From Paraspadella gotoi (taxonomy: Eukaryota; Animalia; Chaetognatha), in the NCBI GenBank assembly GCA_051294375.1, contig CM119270.1, forward strand, positions 3,774,301-3,838,300: a stretch of DNA of 64,000 nucleotides, written 5' to 3'. The translations under genes were made by a program, and so were the position numbers. The notes under the pieces are model-generated. The model was not told the origin of the DNA. It searched no databases and saw only the letters and a list, made by a program, of their open reading frames with translations. Below, piece by piece: positions 12,537 to 26,831 of this stretch (its first letter is position 1; the number at the start of each line of letters is the position of its first letter).

Positions 12537-14635
12537 TGAAAAGGCTTTGAAAAACCCTCACGTAAATGTGTGCAATAGCCCGAGACTTGGGTCGGAAATT
12601 AACCGAAGTTTAATCGAAGATTTGTCAGCCAAAGATTATCCGGTTTATGGTTATTAAATCGTTCAGAATTTTTTTTTTGAATTAAATAAATGATTTTAAC
12701 TAATTTGTGGGTATTCAATAACAACCTGATTGATATTTTATTTTTAACGCAAAAAAATAGTGCCGTTTTAAATGAATAACCTATAGCAAAAAAGATTGAT
12801 GCGCTTTGTTTTTGCGCACAAAAATTGCTACAAGTTTCTCTTTTTTTTCCTGAACATTTACAACTAACGATTTATTGCAAACACCTTCCTATCGGCATTT
12901 AAAATGTTACATTCTCAGTGTAACACGCGTCCGGCAGAACCATGTTTATTGGTTTCTAACTTTGGCGTTTTGTACTAGTTAATTCATTAGAAAGCTTTAA
13001 TCTTAAGGAAACAAAGTGTTAATTAATATGGTTTTCATGAAATTAGAAAGTCGGTTCTGTCAATGCTTTTTTTTCCGCATCATGGCGAAATCTAATTAGT
13101 TTTGCGAATTTAACGCCGTACAGTAGCTGTACGAGTTCGCATTTTTTTACGGTGATCTTGTTTTCTATGTGTTTCTCTTTTATTTGCTATCATGTTTCAC
13201 GAATTAGAATTTCACTTTGGCTCACCTTTAAAGTGGTACATCCGTAGCAAGTAAATGACATACTGCGTTATTGCAAATCAAAATATATTTGTTTGCATGT
13301 CCTCTTTTTTTTATCGTAGAATGCTGACAAGACGTCGCGCTATCAGGTTATCGTACGTAGAAATAAAAAAAGGCAGACTTATGCCTTGAGCAAAAAACAC
13401 TTGTTCGCCATGACGGGAAATTATGGGCGTTGGCTCATCGTAAAATCTGGCCCCGTGGAAATCGCTGACGTCGTCGTCGCTGCAGGACGCTCGAGAATCT
13501 CCGACGGTCGGCGTCGAGTTTACGCCGTCGAAGGGGACGCGTCCAACTCGACGCCGACGACTCATTGGAAAGACACGACGTCGAAACAGAGAGGGCATTT
13601 GTTTTACGTGGAGGAAATGCGCAAGTCGCCCTGTCGCGAAGCGAGCTGTAAAGACCGTGACGGACGAACGAAGGCGGTTTNNNNNNNNNNNNNNNNNNNN
13701 NNNNNAGAGGATGTTAGAGAGAGATGTGCAAGGAGTTTCCAACCTCAAAAGAAATGGCTTCAACACCCATCTGATCCATTGGTCATGAATTAAATTTTAT
13801 TAGTTAAAAAAAATACTTGAAAATAGCGATTTGGACTTTTTTTTTAAAAATATTTGGTTTTAAATTATTGAAGAAAATATTTCCCTTTTAAATCTTAGCA
13901 AATTAGGTCATAAGTTTGTCAGTTATATCTTAGTTTTAAAGCTACTTCCTCAATTAAAAATTGCCTACTTTTATTCAGTTAACTACTAGGTAAACCAAAA
14001 AATTGTCTATTACCTTATTAAGAAAAAATTTTTGCCTAAGTCACCCCTTAGCAACGCCTGCTATTGACAGTTAGGAAGAGGGCACTCAAAAAAAATTAAC
14101 TTGTGATTGTTTCGCCACGTTAACACGAAAATTGTATTCAAAATTGATTACTCTGCTATTAAAATACTTTTTTGAGGTCGGCACCTGTCGATTAGTAAGG
14201 AATTGTAAAAAACAAGAACGGTTAATTCAAATGTGTTGCGCTGCAGTGACCTCCTTATTCACACTCATTCCTCCGTCACATTCCTTGTAAAGTTTTTAGG
14301 ATTTCCAGAAGCGGCGCTAGCAAGTCACTTAGATTTTTTTTCTGTCTTAACAAATGAGCAACGACTATTAAAATTTAAAGTATATAGTTGGAACAGACGA
14401 ACAGACACGAGAGGAGGGAGCGACAGGACTGGCGCGTGTCGACGGACGTAACGGCTCCCGGTGGACGGACGAACAGACCGACGGACCGACCGAAAAAGTG
14501 ACTTAAAGAGTTGCTCGTGAGTACCGGTCGAGCAGTGGATGTTAGCGGGGCGGGTTCGAGGGGGGGGGACTTATTTTACGCGGAAGGAAAAAAAACGGCC
14601 GTCGGTTTTTCTCTTTAGTTGCGAGATAAATTTCG

Positions 14636-14726
<91 letters not shown>

Positions 14727-15686
14727 AGAGANNNNNNNNNNNNNNNNNNNNNNNNNGTGAGCGAGAGAACGTAATCAGGAAGCTTCGGTGAACGGCTGCG
14801 TCTCTCTCTCTCTCTTTCTGTTTCAATCTCTTTCCGCTGGAGATTTTCAATTCCACTTCGATCGCATCTTATGCAGTCAGAGGCGTCGGCGACGTCGCCC
14901 TTTGATCGCACCTTTGCTTCCTTTCTTCTTCCGTCGACGAGAAAAATCGAATCAGAGACGAAATGATTTTTCTTTCTCTCGATAATCGATTGTAAAAGTT
15001 AAAAAGAAATCTGTATTTAATCAATGTTTTGTAAAAATTATCAATTCATTTCACAGCTTCTTTCGAGTGCGAACGATTTAGACGAAACAAGTCCGTTTAT
15101 TTTGTAATAAAATTTATCGTTGATAAAAAACAAATTATAACTTATTTTTATGTTCGTCCAGTGATAAAATAAACCCACTTGTCTCCTGACTTTGAACCGG
15201 CTTAGGAGGAATAAGGCCTTCCTTCTTTTTTACAACGTAGTTCCGTCCTTTTGTACAATTGAAACTATTTCATTGATAAAGAAGCCAGGTACTCTGAGAG
15301 TGAATAAAGGAGACTGTGAGAAAGTCTTGATTGAAAGCTTGCAGGGACCTGCTATGTTATTATCTTGTAAGTGTGATGGAGGCCTTCTTGGTTGTAATAA
15401 TTTTATAGCAAAACCCCTCAAGCTTTTAATCAAGAATCTACTTTTAAAATCTATATTTAAATTTATAAATCATGGTTCCATTTAGCATTTAATTCCATGA
15501 GACCCCATAATTGCCATTCTGCTCCAAGTTTCTCTTTTTCGCATCAATAAAATTCTGTCAATTGCCATTCGAGTCGATGCCACCCTTCAACCGCATCACT
15601 GGCCAATTTGTTGCAGATTCTGTCAATTGCCATTCATGTCCCGAAAAAGCGAAAGAGACGAGCGAGGCGATGGAAAATAAATCCTC

Positions 15687-15698
15687 TCGACGACGACG

Positions 15699-15745
<47 letters not shown>

Positions 15746-16236
15746 ACGACGACGACACGAAAGATAAGAAAAACGGGTAAAAATTTAAATTCAGAATAAG
15801 AAATCGACTCATGATCGACGGGATTTCGGAAAGTCGATGATGATGATGATGATGATGATGAAGATGATGATCTTGACGAAAATGAATCGATGATGATGAT
15901 GATGATGATGATGATGCTGATGATGATAACGATGACGATGATAGGTTTCGGGACAAAGTCGGAAAATGACAAAGTTGACGAGGCGACGTCAAGAATCTGT
16001 CGAAGGAGAACCCCAACAGACGAAAAGAGGACGAAGAATAATAACGACGACGTGTACATAGAAAATGTGTGAGTGTGAGTGTGAGATGTGTGAAAGCCGA
16101 AATGAGTCGGCAATCTGTGAGGCGAAGTGAATCGGTGATTTCACGCCCATTGCTGACTCGCTTCGTGTCAGTTCGTTCACGCGAGCGACGATCTATATCA
16201 CATAAAATTATTACTACGAAATGGAGACAAAGGAGA

Positions 16237-16278
<42 letters not shown>

Positions 16279-16335
16279 TATCGCTTTGAGCTGGGGGATA
16301 TAAGTTTAATTCTCTTATCATTTGAATGAAAGAAA

Positions 16336-16413
<78 letters not shown>

Positions 16414-16781
16414 GGGAGGAGAAAGATGGGATTTGAAGAGAAAAACCTTCTCTTGGAATCGAATTCATTTCTCGACGGAATTCCGAATTCAGACTTGAGG
16501 CCGATTATGAGATGCTAATGGGAGAGGAAACCAGGACGAGGATGACGACGACGACGAAGACGACGACGACGACGACGACGACGACGACAAACGACGATGA
16601 TGAGGAGGGAGACGACTGCAATGAAGACAACGACGAAGACAGCAACGATGACGAAGACGACGATGATGACGACGACAACAAAGACAACGACGAAGACGGA
16701 GACGACCGCGACGACGACGACGATGACGAAGACGACGACGACGATGACGAAGACGACGACGACGACGACGACGACGACGAC
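15687..16781. repeat. Compound trinucleotide microsatellite region: (GAC)n, (GAT)n and a (GA)n tract
   Basis: Long GAC/GAT runs at 15687-15755, 15835-15940, 16241-16277 and 16535-16781; GA run at 16339-16405. Confidence 0.9.
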
Positions 16782-19015
16782 TACCGAAAACGAAGGCAAA
16801 TGACCGCGACAACAAATAATTTTCTTTGTAAGCGACAGTTAATGATTGTGATTTCGATCACGAATTATTCGATTCACAGGAAATAAACAAAATTAACCCT
16901 AACAACATTAACACCGAAGCGACGTCAACGAGACAATTTAAAAGAAACCCTAGAGTTCATTTGTTTCTCTCTCGTTCATTTTGCCATGTATTTAATCTTT
17001 TTAGCAAATACCCCTTTTCTAGCTAATACGCCCCCCCCCCAATGCGTGGTCTCCACCGATTGCATTTCACTTTCTTCTTCGCCAACGACTCATCATCAGC
17101 GCCCACGCGAGACCCGATGTGGGCGTCGCCCCGCGTTCCGTCCATCTCCGTCGAATTATGGAGAGACGCCATATTCTCCGGCGTCATAAGCCACGCCCCT
17201 TCGCTGCATGAACATTTTGGTCATCTCTACCTCCTTTCTTGGAGGCACAGTTCTCCTTTTGGCCCAAACTCTTTCCCTTACTTTGCCTCTCAAATTCCTC
17301 TCATTTTGCCACACAATTTCTTCAAAATTTAGCCCAAACTTTTCCCCCCATTTTGGCCTCTACTTCCTTCCTTTTAGCCAAACTCCTCCCTTTCCTCAGC
17401 CCAAAATTTTCCCTTTTCTGGACCGACACTTCCACATTCTTTTTGCTCACCCTCCGACAGTCGCCTTTACCCCACAATCCTATTGGCTCACACTTAACTT
17501 TGGCTCACTGTTGGTTTTTTTTTTGGCCTTACTTTCTCCCTCCCTTTGTCCCACACACCCAATAAAGTACAACCAAACTCATGCCCTTCCATTGGCTCAA
17601 ACTCCCCTCTCCCCATTGGACCCATCCACCCCTCTGCCCTCTCCACATTTGCCCACGCGCCACCCACTAAAAGAGAAGCCAGAAAAAAAAATGATAATCA
17701 ATTCTCTCTCTCTCTCTGTTTTTTGAACATAGGATAAAAGAAAAAGAATCTGTAGATCGAAAGCCCGAACCCGAGACTTTCAGTCTTTCCTCGGCTATTT
17801 GTACATTAATAATTGAAACTAATTAACTCCGTTTGATTATCTTCTGTATTTTATAAACAAACGACCACGTCGGCTGTCCAGTCAAGTCATGAGGTGACGT
17901 CACCCTGTCATTTCATGCAAACTGACGTCACGAACTGTTACTTTTTGAATTGTGATGTTTTTGCGTATTTATTACCGTTATTATCTCCTAAAAAGACTTT
18001 TACTTATCCTTCATAAATTGCAAGAATTTATTGGTATATTTCATGTTTTTAAAAACATCTCCTAAAGTCGGGCCTGGATCCAATCCACAAATTTTGATAT
18101 AAAATAAAAAATAAATTTTTTTTGTTTTTTTTTTTTCTTAAATGAAATCCATCACAAAACTTTGGATTTAAATCATTGATTAATTCGAAACAATTGCCTC
18201 TTTTCTTTGATATTTTTTTGGTGATTGGCGACAAATGGAGAAAGGAAATATTGAGTCTAAGGCGAGGGAAAGAGAAAGCGTTTTGGCGGAGTCTCTGAGA
18301 GCCTTTGTATGAGAGGATAAAGCGTCTGGAAGTGAACTGAAGGTCACTTCCTGTAACTTTTTAACATATATAGTTAGCATGGGTCTGGTGCTTGGCTTAA
18401 TACCCCACGCTCCCAAGGCGCTTCCTGGAGGATAGGTACCTTTGTCAATCGTTCCCAGAACCAAAAGGGATTGAGCTGATGTCGAAACTCAATTACCCAT
18501 CGGGTCACATCTGAATGATGAACACAAAGTCAATTATGTCACGATTGTTGCCACAATGTTCGACTACAGTCTATGTGACACCATCACAATGTTTCCAACT
18601 TCTAAGTGATATATCTTCTGATAGGTATATGCTTTTTCTTTAAGACCCTTCAAAAAAACCTAATAAATAAAAATTTATTTTAAATCCCGCCTGAGAAGAA
18701 GAACATTAGCGAGAGAATCTTTCCTGGAATTTCTTGAAACGAACGAAAAAAAAATAAAGAAAAAAGAAAATTTGATTTTAAAATAAAAAAAAGTTTTTCT
18801 TTTTATTTCCTCTCAACCAAATTGCGTGAGATGAGAGGAAAAAGGAGCCCGCGCTTTTTTTTCGCTTTTAATTCGCTTTTTTTATTATAAAAAAGAAAAG
18901 CGATGAATTTTTTCTTTTCTTTTTTCTTCTTTCTTTATTTTGAGCGAGTAAAAAAAATAGAAAGGGGTAGAAAGAAAAAAGAGAGAGAGAGAGAGTTGAA
19001 GAAGATAGTAGAAGG

Positions 19016-19293
19016 GGTCTCTCTCTTTAACCATACTGCTCCATTTCCCCTAATCTTAACCTTTAACCTAATCTCAAGCCCTAACTTAATCTCGAACCCT
19101 TATGCCTAGTTTGTAACCTTAACAGTTAACCTTAATCCTTAGTCCCTAATCCCTAACCCTAATCATTAACCAAATCCATAACCTAAATCACTAGCCTAAT
19201 CCGTAACCCTAACCTATAGCTTTATTCTCAACTTTAAAAATTAACCTAATTCAGAATTTAAGCTGAAATGGGGCGTTCTGCGAAAAAAAGGCC
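19016..19293 (-). mobile_element. Same MITE family in opposite orientation (CCCTAA-like array); redundant copy at about 26296-26587
   Basis: ...CTGCTCCATTTC-(CCTAAT/CCTAAC-like)n-...GAAATGGGGCGTTCTGCGAAAAAAAGGCC. Confidence 0.65.
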
Positions 19294-19334
19294 GAGAAAG
19301 GAAAAAATAGGAAGAAAATGAAAAAAGGTGACTA

Positions 19335-19365
<31 letters not shown>

Positions 19366-19436
19366 TGTCAAGTGTTTATTTTTATCCTTTCTGTCATCGT
19401 CGTCCTCATATTTGTCATCCTTTCATAAGAGAGAGA

Positions 19437-19490
<54 letters not shown>

Positions 19491-20001
19491 GTTTTCTCAC
19501 GATTGACTATTCTTTAACTCAATCGACCGGTTCATGTCGCTTAGCTCGTCGCGTCGTCGTCGTCGTCGCGGTTTTAATAGCAACAATATGGTAGGAATCT
19601 GGAGAGTGAACTCCCACCGGTGAAAAAAGACTTAAGTGAAAGGTGGAACCAACTGTGAAGGCAAGGGAAGTGAACGGCTGTTTGGATCACGACAACGACG
19701 ACGACAAAGACGACGACGACGACGATGAGGAAGACGACGACGACAACGACGAAGCGTTCTTCGTTCACGGGGTGAACGTCCACTGTGAACGGTGAATGGT
19801 GAACGGTGAATGGTGAACGATGACGACCAATTCAACGAGGAGGCTAAGGTGGAGGTGAAGTCAATGAGGGACGCGAAAGCGGTGGAGGCGGCGGTGTCAG
19901 CGGCGGTGACAGCGGCGGCGGCGGCGGCGGCGGCGGAGGTTAAGTAGGTGGAGGTAGAGAGAAAAAGGAGGAAAAGCAGACGATAAAAGCTTTGGTCGCC
20001 G

Positions 20002-20155
20002 CCACCAATGAGCGGCCGCCAATTAGCGACAGTCATTCAACGGCAGCCAATCAGCGACCGCCAATGAGCGGCAGCCATTCAGCGGCAGCCAATCAGCGAC
20101 CGCCAATGATCGACAGCCATTCAGCGGAAGTCAATCAGCGACCGCCAATGAGCGG
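20002..20155 (+). repeat. 14-bp minisatellite, 11 units (consensus CMGCCAWTSAGCGR) with 42-bp higher-order periodicity; redundant copy at about 27375-27540
   Basis: ccaccaatgagcgg/ccgccaattagcga/cagtcattcaacgg/cagccaatcagcga/ccgccaatgagcgg/cagccattcagcgg/...; 7 of 11 units contain CCAAT. Confidence 0.9.
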
Positions 20156-20381
20156 CAATTAAATTAAAACCCATTCCCTCTCAAGATATTCATGGCTGAA
20201 GTCGTTTACGTGGAAAGCGATTGAAAGGGGGAGAGTAAGCACGTGGATTGCAAGCACTTGGATTGCAAGCACGATAATTGCAAGCGGGGCATTCGAGAGG
20301 AGTAAAATTTTCTTGGGGGAAAGGGTTTTCAGACTATCAGTGCTTGCCAGAAAATACGTACCGATTGTTTTTCTTTGTTTA

Positions 20382-21299
20382 CAAGGTGACACACGACAGC
20401 CCGCCGCTGAAAAAAAAAATCGTCATTTGCAAACTAGTAAAGATTTTTTTAATCTGAAAGATTTTTTCTGTAGTAAAAACTTAAATAATTTAAAGATCCA
20501 AATTTTATATTGATTAGTTAAAATTTTACCTGACAATGAGCGGAGAAAAGTTGCCTTCAAAATCGTGTTTCATTTTAAAACTTCATTTTTTTCTTCAATT
20601 TGTTTGTCTAACTTTTTAAACAATTTTTTCAAAAAATTTATATAAATTATAATATCTTCTGAACGCTCTTAAAGATATGAAGAGAATGGTATAATTAAAA
20701 ATACTGTACTATAAAAATTAACGTATCCTGCTTTAAATAAGAAAAGGTAATCAAAACTAAGATAATTATTAAATTAAAAATTCTTAAAGAGCAGTTTTGG
20801 AATAATTATAAAATTATTGTTAGCCATTTTAATTTAGTTTTACTTAAGCTTTTTTATGATACCTATATAAACAATAATTGGTAAATATGTTATAGTGAAA
20901 ATAAATCAGATATTTGAATAATAGGATTTAATTATTTTAATTTGAATTATCTTGATTAAACTAAAGCTGGTTAGGCTTATTTTCATGTTATAATATTCTT
21001 AAATATGTCATTTTCAGAAGATATTAATATTGATACCTTTTTATGTAAAAGTTTTTTAAAAAATGTTGATAAAGTTAGACAAAAAGATTGAAAAAAAAAG
21101 ATTTGTTTTAAAATGAAAGACGATTTTTAAATCAACTTTTTCCCGGTCATTGCCAAGTCAAATCATAACCAATCAATATGAAATTTAATATATAAATGAT
21201 TTAGGTTTTTACTACAGAAAAAATCTTTCAGATTAAAAAAATCTTCACAAGTTTGCAAATGATGATTTTTTTAGCGGCGGGCGATCGTGTGTCACCTTG
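20382..21299. mobile_element. Non-autonomous Tc1/mariner-type DNA transposon (MITE) with long imperfect TIRs (about 250 bp)
   Basis: TA|CAAGGTGACACACGA...TCGTGTGTCACCTTG|TA: inverted termini with TA target-site duplication, inverted similarity continuing inward (GCCCGCCGCT/AGCGGCGGGC, AATCTGAAAGATTTTT/AAAAATCTTTCAGATT), AT-rich non-coding interior. Confidence 0.85.
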
Positions 21300-23574
21300 T
21301 ACTGTGTACCTTTTACTTTAAATGAATGACGTAATGGGGAGTGTGACAATGTCAATGATATCGATGTCAGTGACAATGTCTATCGTATAGTTGCTGGACG
21401 TTGAGTTTTGATGGCACCAAAGCGGAACCGCTGATGGAATTTGAAAGCCAACGACCCGCACCAAAGAGAAATAAATCTTTCACGAGTGACGAAGATGTCA
21501 CAAACTGTCACAAGAAACGATTTAGTAGTGACAGAATCCCTTGCTTGAAAGGTTGGGACTTGCGGTTCACTGTGAACGGTTTAGTGTAAAAAGTCACATC
21601 GACTCGTCGAGATTTCGCGTCAACGAAGAAAAGAGAAATCACCGGTTTTCACTCTTATGGGAGAAATGTGACTTTCACTGAAAATTGATATTTACAACAA
21701 CGATGACAAAAAAATGATAAAAATTAAGACGACCTCTGTTGCATTAAATACAAAGCTGATGGAGATGGCGACGACGACGACGACGACGACGTCTGATACA
21801 TAGATGACGCAGACGACGACAACGACGACGACTATCATGAAGACGACATCTTTTTTCTTCGCCAGAACCAAATTTCGGCTAAGAACCTTGCGTTAAAATT
21901 ATTCATGGCATTTCTCTCTATCTTTCTCTCTCTCTCTCATGCGTCTCTCATCTCTCATGCTCTCTCGTCATCTCGCTCTATCATATCTCTCTCATCTCAT
22001 CTCTCCTCTTAATCTTCTCTCTCTTCTCTCTCTCTCTCTCTCTCTCTATTTTTTTTTTCTCCTCTCTCTTTGCTTCATGGACTTTTGACGCGGCCAAAAA
22101 AAGAGAACCCGACATTGGGAAACGAACGACGACGACGAACGACGACGACGACGACGACAACGACGGTTTCCATGGCAACCACCGCCGCTTTCTTCCCTCG
22201 AAAAACTCGAGGGGTCAGGGTCGTCGCAGTTTTTCCTTCCTTTTGCTTCGCTCACGTTTAACCTCTTTGTAAAACGATTTTTTTTTAAAGAGTGTGAATA
22301 ACTAAAAATACTCGGGTTTAAAACTTGTAAGGTATTGTATAAATCCTAAAATTGTCACGAGTTGAAATAACTGAGATTATACTAAAATTATACTACAATT
22401 ATTTCAAGATTGTCAAAAATGACAGTACATAGTGAGAGATGACGATCATAGGACAAATTATTCTAACAGCCAGTTGCTTTATTATATTTAAGTTAATATA
22501 AGAATCCACAATTAACAAAGCAATGGTTAACAGAGTGCTAGTAATTGGCTAACCAGTTAATGTGATCATAATCCCAAAAAATATGTTAACTGAGCAGGTG
22601 AACTGTGAACTGTGAACTGGGAACTGCAGCATTGGTGTCGATATATTAGTTCCCTAATTCTATTCGTATTTCATTTTCTCTATCTTTCTCTCTCTGTCTC
22701 TCTCTCTCTCTCTAATCGTTTTTTTCCGCAATCGTTTTCCATGAAAACTATTATTGAGTTCAAAAGAGAAAAAAAAAACCAACAAGATTTAAACAGCGAA
22801 CAAGTCTCCTTCCATCCGTTAGGTTCTTCCCTTTCTTTCTTTCTTTCCTCCTTTCTTTCTTTCTTTCTTTCTTTCTTTATTTCCTCCTTTCTTTAATCCT
22901 TCCTCCCTTCCTCTCATCCCTTCTCCCTTCCTTTCCTTTCTTTTCTCCACCTTTTTTATTCCCTCCCTTTCTTTNNNNNNNNNNNNNNNNNNNNNNNNNA
23001 AACGGGTAAAAATTTCTAAATTCAGAATAGAATCGGACTCTGATCGACGGGATTCGGAAAGTCGATGATGATGTGATGATGATGATGAAGCATGATGATC
23101 TTGACGAAAATTGAATCATGATGATATGATGGGATGTATGATGATGCTTGATGATGATAACGATGACGATGATAGGTTTCGGCGACAAAGTCGGAAAATG
23201 ACAAAGTTGACGAGGCGACGTCAAGAATCTGTCGAAGGAGAACCCCAACAGACGAAAGAGGACGAAGAATAATAACGCACGACGTGATTTTCGCTACATA
23301 GAAAATGTGTGGCCTGTGAGTGTGAGATATTGAGAGTCGAAATGGAGTCGGCAATCTGTGAGGCGAAGTGAATCGCGGATTTCACGCCCATTGCTGACTC
23401 GCCTTCGTGTCAGTTCGTTCACGCGAGCGACGATTTATTATCACATAAAATTATTACTACGAAATGGAGACAAAGGAGAGAAGCTACGACGACGAACGAC
23501 GACGACGACGACGACACGATATCCTTTGAGCGGGGGATATAGTTTAATTCTCTTATCATTGAATGAAAGAAAAG

Positions 23575-23607
<33 letters not shown>

Positions 23608-26600
23608 CAGAGACCGAGAGGAGAGACGAAGAGTAGAGCAGAGAGAGAGAGATGAGAGGTGGGATTTGAAAGCAGAAACCTTCTTTGGAATCGAATTCAT
23701 TTCTCGAGCGGAAAATCCGAATTCAGACTTGAGGCCGATTATGAGATGCTAATGGGAGAGGAAAACCAGGACTGCAGGATGACTGACGACGACGAAGACG
23801 CGACGGACGACGAGACGACGACGACGAGCAACGCACGATGATGAGGAGGGAGCGACTGCAATGAAGACAACGACGGAAGACAAGCAACGATGACGAATAC
23901 GACGATGATGACGACGACACCAAAGACAACGACGAAGACGGAGGAACGACCGCGACTACGACGACATGACGAAGACGACGACGACTTACAAAGAAACGAC
24001 GACGACGACGACGACGACTACCGAAACGAGGCAAATGACCGCGAAACAACAAATAATTTTCTTTGTAAGCGACAGTTAATGATTGTGATTTCGATCACAA
24101 TTATTCGATTCACAGGAATAAACAAAAATTAACCATAACAACACTTAACACCGAGAGACGTACGAGACAATTTTTAAAAAAGGAAACCCTAGAGTTCATT
24201 TTGTTTCTCTCTCGTCATTTGCCATGTATTTAATCTTTTTTAGCAAATTAACCCCTTTTCGTAGCTAATACGCCCCCCCCCCAATTGCGTGTCTTCACCA
24301 TTGCATTTTCACTTTCTTCTTCGCCCAACGACTCGATCATCAGCGCCCGACGCGAGGACCCGAGTGGGCCGTCGCCCGCGTTCCGTCCATCTCGTCGCAC
24401 ATTATGGAGAGACGCCATATCTCCGGCGTCATAAGCCGGCCCCTTGCGCTGCATGAACATTTTTGGTCATCCTTCTACCTCCTTTCTTGAGGCCACAGTT
24501 CTCCTGTTTGGCCCAAACTCTTCCCTTACTTTGCCTCTCAAATTCCTCTCATTTTGGCCACACAATTTCTTCAAAATTTAGCCCAAAACTTTTTCCCCCA
24601 TTTTGCGCCTCTACTTCCTTCCTTTTAGCCAACTCCTCTTTTTCCTCTGCCCCAAATTTTCCCTTTTCTGGACCGGACACTTCCACATTCTTTTTGCTCA
24701 CCTTCCGACAGATCGCCTTACCCCACGAATCCTATTGGCTCACACTTAACTTTGAGCTCACTGTTGTTTTTTTTTTTGGCCTTACTTTCTCCCTCCCCTT
24801 TGTCCCACACACCAATGAAAGTACAACCAAACTCATGCCCTTCCATTGGCTCAAACTCCCCCTCTCCCCATTGGACCATCCACCCCTCTGCCCCTCCACA
24901 CATTTGCCCACGCGCCACCCACTAGAAGGAATTTCCAGGAAAAAAAAAAATGATAATCAATCTCTCTCTCTCCTCTGTTTTTTGAATATAGATAAAAGAA
25001 AAAGAATCTGTAAGATCGAAAGCCCGAACCCGAGACTTTCAGTCTTTCCTCGGGCTATTGTTACATTTAATAATTGAAACTAATTAAACTCCGCTTTTGA
25101 TTATCTTCTGTATTTTATAAACAAACGACACGCTCGGCTGTTCCAGTCAAGTCATGATGGTGACGTCACCCTTGTCATTTCATGCAAACTGACGTCCACG
25201 AACTTGTTACTTTTGAATTGTGATGTTTTTGCTATTTATTACCGTTATGTATCTCCTTAAAAAGACTTTTACTTATCCTTCAATAAATTGCAAGAATTTA
25301 TTTGGTATATTTCATGTTTTTAAAAACATCTCCTAAAGTCGGGGCCTGGATCCAATCCACAAATTTTGATATAAATAAAAAATAAATTTTTTGTTTTTTT
25401 TTTCTTAAATGAAAATCCATCACAAAACTTTACGATTTTAAATCATTGATTAATTCGAAACAATTGCCTCTTTTCTTTGATATTTTTTTGGTGATTTAGG
25501 CCGACAAATGCGAGAAAGAAATAATTGAGTCTAAGGCGAGGAAAGAGAAAGCGTTTAGGCGGAGTCTCTGAGAGCCTTTTATGAGAGGATAAAGCGTCTG
25601 GAAGTGAACTGAAGCGTCTCTTCCTGTAACTTTTTAACATATATAGTTAGCAAATGGGTCTGGTGCTTGGCTTAATACCCCACCGCTCCCAAGCGCTTCC
25701 TGGAGGATAGGTACCTTGTCAGATCGTCCCAGAACCAAAAAGGGATTGCAGCTGATGTCGAACTTCAATTACCCTCGGGTCACATCTGAATGAATGAACA
25801 CAAGAGTCAATTATGTCACGGATTTGTTGCCCAATGTTCGGACTACAGTCATGCTGACACGCATCACAATGTTTCCAACTTCTAAGTGATATATCTTCTG
25901 ATAGGTATATGCTTTTTCTTTAAGACCCTTCAAAAAAAACCTAATAAATAAAAATTATTTTAAAATTCCGCCTGAGAAGAAGAACATTAAGCGAGTGAAT
26001 CTTTCCTGCGAATTTTTCTTGAAACGAACGAAAAAAAAATAAAGAAAAAAAGAAAATTGATTTTAAAATAAAAAAAAGTTTTTCTTTATTTCCTCTCAAC
26101 CAATTGCGTGAGATGATAGGAAAAAGGAGCCCGCGCTTTTTTTGCTATTAATTCGCTTTTTTATTAAAAAAAAGAAAAGCATGAATTTTTCTTTTCTTTT
26201 TTTCTTTCTTCTTTATTTTCACGGATGTAAAAAAAATAGGAAAGGGTAGAAAGCAAAAAAGAGAGAGAGAGAGAGGTTGAGAAGATAGTTAGAAGGGGTC
26301 TCTCTCTTTAACCATACTGCTCCATTTTCCCCTTAATCTTAACCTTTTAACCTAATCTCAAGCCGCTAACTTAATCTCGAACCCTTATGCCTGAGTTTGT
26401 AACCTTAACAGTTAACCTTAATTCCTTAGTCCCTATCCCTGAACCCTAATCATTAACCAAATCCATAACCTAAATCACTAGCCTAATCCGTAACCCTAAC
26501 CTTATAGCTTTATTCTCAACTTTAAAAATTAACCTAATTCAGAATTTAAGCTGGGAAATGGGGCGCGTTTCTGCGAAAAAAAAGCCGAGAAACTGGAAAA

Positions 26601-26789
26601 AATAGGAAGACAAATTGAAAAAGGTGTGAACTATGCTTCCCGTCTTCGGTCGTGTCGTCGTCGTCGTCGTTGTCAAAGTGGTTATTTTATCCTTTCTGTC
26701 ATCCGTCGGTCCATCATATTCTGTCATCCTTTCATTAATTAAAAGGGCAGAAGAGAGAGAGAAAGCAGAGAGACGAGATGAGAGAGAGA

Positions 26790-26831
<42 letters not shown>

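Noticed and set aside
16512-16886. Asp-rich ORF resembling acidic biomineralisation proteins
   Set aside because: Built from GAC/GAT microsatellites that occur throughout the window on both strands; no signal peptide or clear splice structure, and the frame is not kept in the duplicate copy.
18230-18625. Coding-like block with splice-like ends, possibly joined to about 19581-19658
   Set aside because: All frames contain stops in both copies and no family is recognisable; cannot be supported as a CDS.
20002-20155. CRISPR-like array
   Set aside because: Head-to-tail 14-bp units without unique spacers, eukaryotic context, no cas genes.
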